DNA of 64,000 bases from Alphaproteobacteria bacterium. Its GTDB lineage: Bacteria > Pseudomonadota > Alphaproteobacteria > Bin95. The translations under genes and the position numbers were made by a program. The stretch lies in contig CBDBGH010000003.1 in assembly GCA_965205265.1 (NCBI GenBank), forward strand, positions 3,072,001 to 3,136,000, written 5' to 3'. The notes beneath the pieces were generated by a model. That model did not search any database. It had not been told where the DNA came from and saw nothing but the letters and a program-made list of their open reading frames with translations. Of this stretch, positions 59,458 to 64,000 are shown in pieces (within the stretch, counting starts at the first letter, position 1; each line of letters begins with the position of its first letter).

Positions 59458-60744
59458 TTGAACGGGCAGGCTGCCGGCCCGATCCGGGTCGCGCGTATCC
59501 GGATCGAGGTCTTCCGCGCGCCGATGCCGAGCCCCGTGGTGGTGTCGTTCGGTTCCATCGCCGAGCGGGCCGTCGCGATGGTGGCGCTTGAGGACGGCGA
59601 CGGCGTCGTCGGCCGGGGCGACATCTGGGGCAATTTCCCCTCGATCACCACCGAATACCGCGCGCGCCTCGCAGGCCGGCTGCTGCCGGACCTGCTTCTG
59701 GGCCGGACCGTGGACGACATTCCGGCGCATTACGCCCGGACGATGCGGCAATTGCGCGTGCTGGCGATCCAGTCGGGAGAATATGGGCCTGTGGCGGCGG
59801 TGGTCGCGGCGGCGGACCAGGCGCTCTGGGACCTTGCGGCCAGGCGCCGGGGCGTGTCCCTGCGCCGCCTGCTCGACGCCGCCGCGCCGAACGCGGCGAA
59901 TATTACGGATGGCGGCGTTGGCGCCGCCGCGCCGAACGCGGCGAATATCACGGATGGCGGCGTTGGCGCCGCCGCGCCGAACGCGGCGAATATTGCGAAT
60001 GGCGGCGTTGGCGCCGCCGCGCGGGACCGCATCCCCGCCTATGCAAGCGGCCTCAACCCCGATGACGGGCCGGAAATGGCGGGACGGGCGCGGGAGGCGG
60101 GCCACCGCAATTTCAAGCTCAAGGTCGGGTTCGGCGAGAAGACCGACCGGGGCAATGTCGAGGCGATCCGCCGGGACATGGGCGAAGGCGAGCGCCTGTT
60201 CGTGGACGCGAACCAGAGATGGGACCTGGAAACGGCGGAGGAGGCCGCCGGCTGGCTGGCGGATGCGGGCGTCGGCTGGCTGGAGGAGCCGATGCAGGCC
60301 GATGCGCCGGACGAACACTGGCAGCGGCTCCGCGCCGCCATGCGCCTGCCGCTCGCCGGCGGCGAGAACCTGCCCGACCACGGGCTCATCGACCGGGCGC
60401 TCGGCTGGCTGGACATCATGCAGCCCGATGTCGGCAAGTGGGGCGGCGTTTCCGACAATGCCGCCATTGCGCGCCGGGCGCTCGCCCGCGGCAGGACCTA
60501 CTGCCCGCACTGGCTGGCCGGCGGGTTGGGGCTGCTCCACTCGGCCCATATCCTGGCGGCGGTCGGCGGCGACGGGCTGCTGGAGATGGATGTCAACGCC
60601 AACCCGCTCCGCGACGCCGTGATCGGGGACGCGCTCAAGGTGGAGGACGGCCATGTCCGCCTGCCGGACGGGCCGGGCCTCGGCGTCGAAATCGACCCGG
60701 AGGCGATGGCCCGCTGGCGGACCGCTTCGGAAGAGTTCGCCTGA
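59458..60744 (+). CDS. Mandelate racemase/muconate lactonizing enzyme family protein with a repeat insertion
   Basis: DQALWDL, YASG, KLK, VDANQ, WLEEP, GEN, QPD, PH; start codon uncertain. Confidence 0.88.
   Translation: MNGQAAGPIRVARIRIEVFRAPMPSPVVVSFGSIAERAVAMVALEDGDGVVGRGDIWGNFPSITTEYRARLAGRLLPDLLLGRTVDDIPAHYARTMRQLRVLAIQSGEYGPVAAVVAAADQALWDLAARRRGVSLRRLLDAAAPNAANITDGGVGAAAPNAANITDGGVGAAAPNAANIANGGVGAAARDRIPAYASGLNPDDGPEMAGRAREAGHRNFKLKVGFGEKTDRGNVEAIRRDMGEGERLFVDANQRWDLETAEEAAGWLADAGVGWLEEPMQADAPDEHWQRLRAAMRLPLAGGENLPDHGLIDRALGWLDIMQPDVGKWGGVSDNAAIARRALARGRTYCPHWLAGGLGLLHSAHILAAVGGDGLLEMDVNANPLRDAVIGDALKVEDGHVRLPDGPGLGVEIDPEAMARWRTASEEFA
59878..60021 (+). repeat. In-frame 45-bp tandem repeat, 3.2 copies (AAAPNAANITDGGVG)
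   Basis: Units 59878-59922, 59923-59967 and 59968-60012 plus gccgccgcg; few substitutions. Confidence 0.95.
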
Positions 60745-60837
60745 AGCCGGGCCGGGGTCCCGTTTGCGAGGGCCGGATGCTTCAGGGCCGGACCGGCGGC
60801 CGCCTCGGGCCCCGGACACCCCTCCGCGTCCATTTCG

Positions 60838-60876
60838 CCCTCATTCCGAGCAGCGGCGCCGGCCGCGTATCGAAGG
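60838..60876. repeat. REP-like element related to 27526-27562
   Basis: ccctcattccgagcagcggcgccggccgcgtatcgaagg versus ccctcatcccgaatagcggcagagctgcgtatcgagg. Confidence 0.55.
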
Positions 60877-60973
60877 AAGTCCGCGCCCTCTTCCACCTGG
60901 AACGGCCTTCGAAGACATTCCGGACACTTACGGCGCGCTGTTCCGAGGAACGCTCCCTGGCGGCGAACAAACG

Positions 60974-61219
60974 TCAGGGAAGCCCCGCCGCCTTTCGGAG
61001 CGCGTCGTTAATGCGGGTTTGCCACCCGGGCCCGCCGGAGCGGAAGGCGGCAAGGATATCGGGATCGAGACGGAGCGTGGTCCGAACCTTCCTCACATCG
61101 GATTTCGGCCGCCCGCGGCGCAGCGGGGCCCTGGCGAACTTCGCTTGCCATTCGAGGGTGCTGAAATCCGGCAGGTCATCGTCGGAATCGGAGGGCATAG
61201 AGCTCTTGTTCACGGGCAT
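60974..61219 (-). CDS. brnA: BrnA-family antitoxin
   Basis: RGRPK...TTLRLDPDILAAFRSGGPGWQTRINDALR. Confidence 0.9.
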   Translation of the reverse strand: MPVNKSSMPSDSDDDLPDFSTLEWQAKFARAPLRRGRPKSDVRKVRTTLRLDPDILAAFRSGGPGWQTRINDALRKAAGLP

Positions 61220-61454
61220 TGGCCTTTCTCATGCTGATGATACGGCGAGCGCCGCCACGCGGAGTCCACGCGACGAACACCATGCGGCCGGCCTGGAATC
61301 CGACTGTGATGTACCGGGTCTCGCCATAATCCCTGCGGTCGTCCTCGACCGTGATGGTATCGCCTTCGAACACGTCGCCTGCATCGGCCATGTCCAGACC
61401 GCGATCGCGAAGCGTGGCGCTGCGCTTGGCGGGATCGTATTCGATCCTCATCAT
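61176..61454 (-). CDS. brnT: BrnT-family toxin
   Basis: EYDPAK, DDRRDYGETRY, RIISMRKANARE; overlaps brnA. Confidence 0.92.
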   Translation of the reverse strand: MMRIEYDPAKRSATLRDRGLDMADAGDVFEGDTITVEDDRRDYGETRYITVGFQAGRMVFVAWTPRGGARRIISMRKANAREQELYALRFRR

Positions 61455-61653
61455 TTATGTCACTACAAAAAACAGGCGCCGTCAAGAGAGTCCATGCCGC
61501 TGGGAACCGTACAGACCGGGTGATCGTCCGCAAGTTACCGGTAACTGCCTTGAGTGCGCGTGCCTCGCGTTCTACGTTGCGCAGAAAGTCGACTGTCCCG
61601 GGCTGGACCTGCACAACATCAATGAATGGGGGCGGGCGGCAAGCGGGGCTAAC

Positions 61654-62823
61654 ATGAAATACGATGTCATCGTCATCGGCGGCGGGCTGCACGGGTGCAG
61701 CACCGCATACCACCTGATCCGGCGGGAGCCCGGGCTCCGCATCGCGGTGGTGGAGCGCGACCCGGCCTATGAGCATGCCGCCTCCATCCGCTCCACCGCC
61801 GGCGTCCGCGTCATGTTCTCGCAGGAAGAGAATGTGCGCATGTCGCAATACGGCCATGAGTTCTACGGCAGCTACGAAGAGGCGATGGCGGTGGATGGCG
61901 AGCCGGCGACCGTCTCCTTCCGCCGCCAGGGCTACCTCTTCATCGCGACCTCCGCCCGGGCCGCCGCCGACATGCGGGAGAACCATGCGCTCCAGACGGG
62001 CCTCGGCTGCCATGTCGATCTCCTCGACGCGGGCGGGCTGGCGGCACGCTTCCCCTCGCTGCGCACGGACGACGCGGTCTGCGCCGCCCATTCGCCGGGC
62101 GACGGCTGGATCGATTCCCACGCCGCGCTCATGGGGCTGCGCCGCAAGATGCGGGCGCTCGGCGTTGCCTATGTCGATGGCGCCGTCGCCGGGTTGAATG
62201 CCGCCTCCGGCCTGGTCCGCTCCGTGGCGCTCGAAAGCGGCGAGGTTCTGGAGGGCGGCTGGATCGTCAACAATGCCGGCGGCTGGGCGCATGAAATCTG
62301 CGCGACGATCGGCCTCGACATTCCGGTCCGCCCGATGCCGCGCACGACCTGGTATTTCGAGTGCCGGGCGGAGATCGAGCCGATGCCGCTCACCATCGAT
62401 GCGGAATCGATCAGCTTTCGGCCGGAAGGTGCGGGCTTCATCGCCGGCATGTCCGATTATGAGCGCGCCGGCGACTTCGACTGGGAGCCGGACCTGGAGG
62501 CGTTCGAAAGCACGGCATGGCCGCGCCTCGCGCACCGCCTGCCGGCCTTCGAGGCAATCCGGCTCCGGAACGCCTGGGCCTGCCACTATGCTTACAACAT
62601 CTTCGACGGCAACATGATTATCGGCGCATGGCCGGGCGCGCCGGAGAACTTTCTGATGGCGACCGGATTTTCCGGCCACGGCCTCCAGCATGCGCCGGCG
62701 GCGGGCCGGGCGCTCTCGGAACTGATCCTGGACGGGCGCTTCACGACCATCGACCTCGACCGTTTCCATTGCCGCCGCGTCCCCGAAGGCAGGCGAGAGC
62801 CGGAGCGCGGCGTGACCGCCTGA
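61654..62823 (+). CDS. FAD-dependent oxidoreductase (DAO/sarcosine oxidase-like)
   Basis: VIGGGLHG, VVERD, NNAGGWA, GFSGHGLQHAPAAG. Confidence 0.9.
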   Translation: MKYDVIVIGGGLHGCSTAYHLIRREPGLRIAVVERDPAYEHAASIRSTAGVRVMFSQEENVRMSQYGHEFYGSYEEAMAVDGEPATVSFRRQGYLFIATSARAAADMRENHALQTGLGCHVDLLDAGGLAARFPSLRTDDAVCAAHSPGDGWIDSHAALMGLRRKMRALGVAYVDGAVAGLNAASGLVRSVALESGEVLEGGWIVNNAGGWAHEICATIGLDIPVRPMPRTTWYFECRAEIEPMPLTIDAESISFRPEGAGFIAGMSDYERAGDFDWEPDLEAFESTAWPRLAHRLPAFEAIRLRNAWACHYAYNIFDGNMIIGAWPGAPENFLMATGFSGHGLQHAPAAGRALSELILDGRFTTIDLDRFHCRRVPEGRREPERGVTA

Positions 62824-62922
62824 AGCGCTCGCCCGGCGGCAGGCACAAAGCTGGATTCTTTCAATCGGTCACTCATTGACTTTCAATTGGTCAACCGATG
62901 CAAGGGTTACGCCGCGCCATGT

Positions 62923-63552
62923 TCAGAACAGCGGATGGCCGAGGGCGGCTTGCAGATCGGCCAGCGCCTGCGCCTCGGTCTCGACCTTGATGGTCGCCAT
63001 GCCCATGGCGCGGGCCGGCTTGAGGTTGATGCCGAGATCGTCGAGGAAGACGCAGGCCGACGGTTCCACGCCAAGGCGCTCGCAGGCGATGCGGTAGAAG
63101 GCCGGCTCCGGCTTGCGCACACCCGCCTCGCGCGACTCGACCACCGTGTCGAACAGCGCCATCGCGTCCGCGATCTGCCGGGCGCGGGGGCCGTCTTCGC
63201 CCGGCGCGCGCATATTGTTGGTGAGGCAGGCCGTCCGGTAGCGGGCCGCGACCGCCCGGAGCGCCGCCACCATGCGCGGCCGCACCGGGCCCTGTATGAG
63301 GTCCAGGATTTCGCCGGCGTCGAGCCTGTAGCCGAGCGCCGCCGCCTCGGCCTCGAAGCGCCCGCAGAACGCCGCCCGGTCGATGTCGCTGCGCTCGAAC
63401 AGCGCCCAGGCATTGCCGTCCGGATTGCGGCTGTTGATGCGCCGGATCGCCCCTTCCGGCAGGCCGTTGGCGCGCTCGTAGCGGGCGAAGGCGTCGAAGG
63501 GGCTCTCCGTCAGCACGCCGCCGAAATCCCAGAGCACCGCCCCGACGGTCAC
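62923..63552 (-). CDS. HAD-superfamily hydrolase
   Basis: WDFGGV, LTNN, RKPEP, FLDD. Confidence 0.88.
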   Translation of the reverse strand: MTVGAVLWDFGGVLTESPFDAFARYERANGLPEGAIRRINSRNPDGNAWALFERSDIDRAAFCGRFEAEAAALGYRLDAGEILDLIQGPVRPRMVAALRAVAARYRTACLTNNMRAPGEDGPRARQIADAMALFDTVVESREAGVRKPEPAFYRIACERLGVEPSACVFLDDLGINLKPARAMGMATIKVETEAQALADLQAALGHPLF

Positions 63553-64000
63553 GACGCGCCTTCCTGGCAGCGGGCCGGGCTGAGCGCCGCCTCCTCCAGG
63601 CCAAGCTCCCGGACCTCCGGCGGCAGGCCCTCGCCGGCCGCCAGCGAAGCCACCGCCATGCCCATGGCGGGCGCGGTCTGGATGCCGTAGCCGCCCTGTC
63701 CCGCGCACCAGAAAAAGCCCGGCGCCCCGGAGTCGAAGCCCACGACCGGCGTCTTGTCGGCAACGAAGCTGCGCAGCCCCGCCCAGCGGCGTTCTATGCG
63801 GCGAATCCGGAATGTCGTCGCATGCTCGATCCGGTCCACCGCCATCGCCACGTCGATCTCCTCCGGCTGCGCATCGCAGGGCGGCGACGGCGTCTCGTCG
63901 GCGAGCGAGCCGAGCGCGCGGCCCGATTCCGGCTTGAAGTAGAACTGCTCATCGACATCGACCGCCATCGGCCAATCCCCGGTCTCGGCCGGGAAGGTGA
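63549..64000 (-). CDS. FAD-dependent oxidoreductase, 5' part outside window
   Basis: YFKPESG, WAGLRSF, GQGGYGIQTAP. Confidence 0.85.
   Translation of the reverse strand, partial: TFPAETGDWPMAVDVDEQFYFKPESGRALGSLADETPSPPCDAQPEEIDVAMAVDRIEHATTFRIRRIERRWAGLRSFVADKTPVVGFDSGAPGFFWCAGQGGYGIQTAPAMGMAVASLAAGEGLPPEVRELGLEEAALSPARCQEGAS

Noticed and set aside
62840-62905. AT-rich imperfect inverted repeat as a mobile-element scar
   Set aside because: It lies between convergent genes and is adequately explained as a terminator-like hairpin.

Overview
High-GC alphaproteobacterial chromosome segment (Rhodospirillales-like by gene content). The core backbone carries glmU (partial), glmS, ccoNOQP-ccoGHIS, tRNA-Thr(CGT), dnaA, rpsT, tlyA-dxs-ispA-xseB, rluD-rpoH, a DegP-like protease and many catabolic enzymes. 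The main accessory region (about 4.3-16.5 kb, bordered by a C-terminally truncated TpsB gene) holds a Slam-type outer-membrane exporter and two TbpB-like surface lipoprotein genes, one of which has lost its 5' end. It also holds a recombinase-in-trio (RIT) element with a 59-bp perfect inverted repeat and an adjacent 32-bp perfect palindrome, an IS21 element inside ritB (6-bp target duplication), an integrase 5' stub and three coupled ribbon-helix-helix genes. A second, visibly lower-GC cassette (Schlafen/AlbA_2-HATPase plus ParA-like ATPase) sits between the hydantoinase/oxoprolinase A and B genes with start/stop overlaps at every junction; it is a candidate defence module. Two single-base frameshifts (rpsT and the AlbA gene) may be assembly errors. 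All calls come from reading motifs by eye; no database searches were run.
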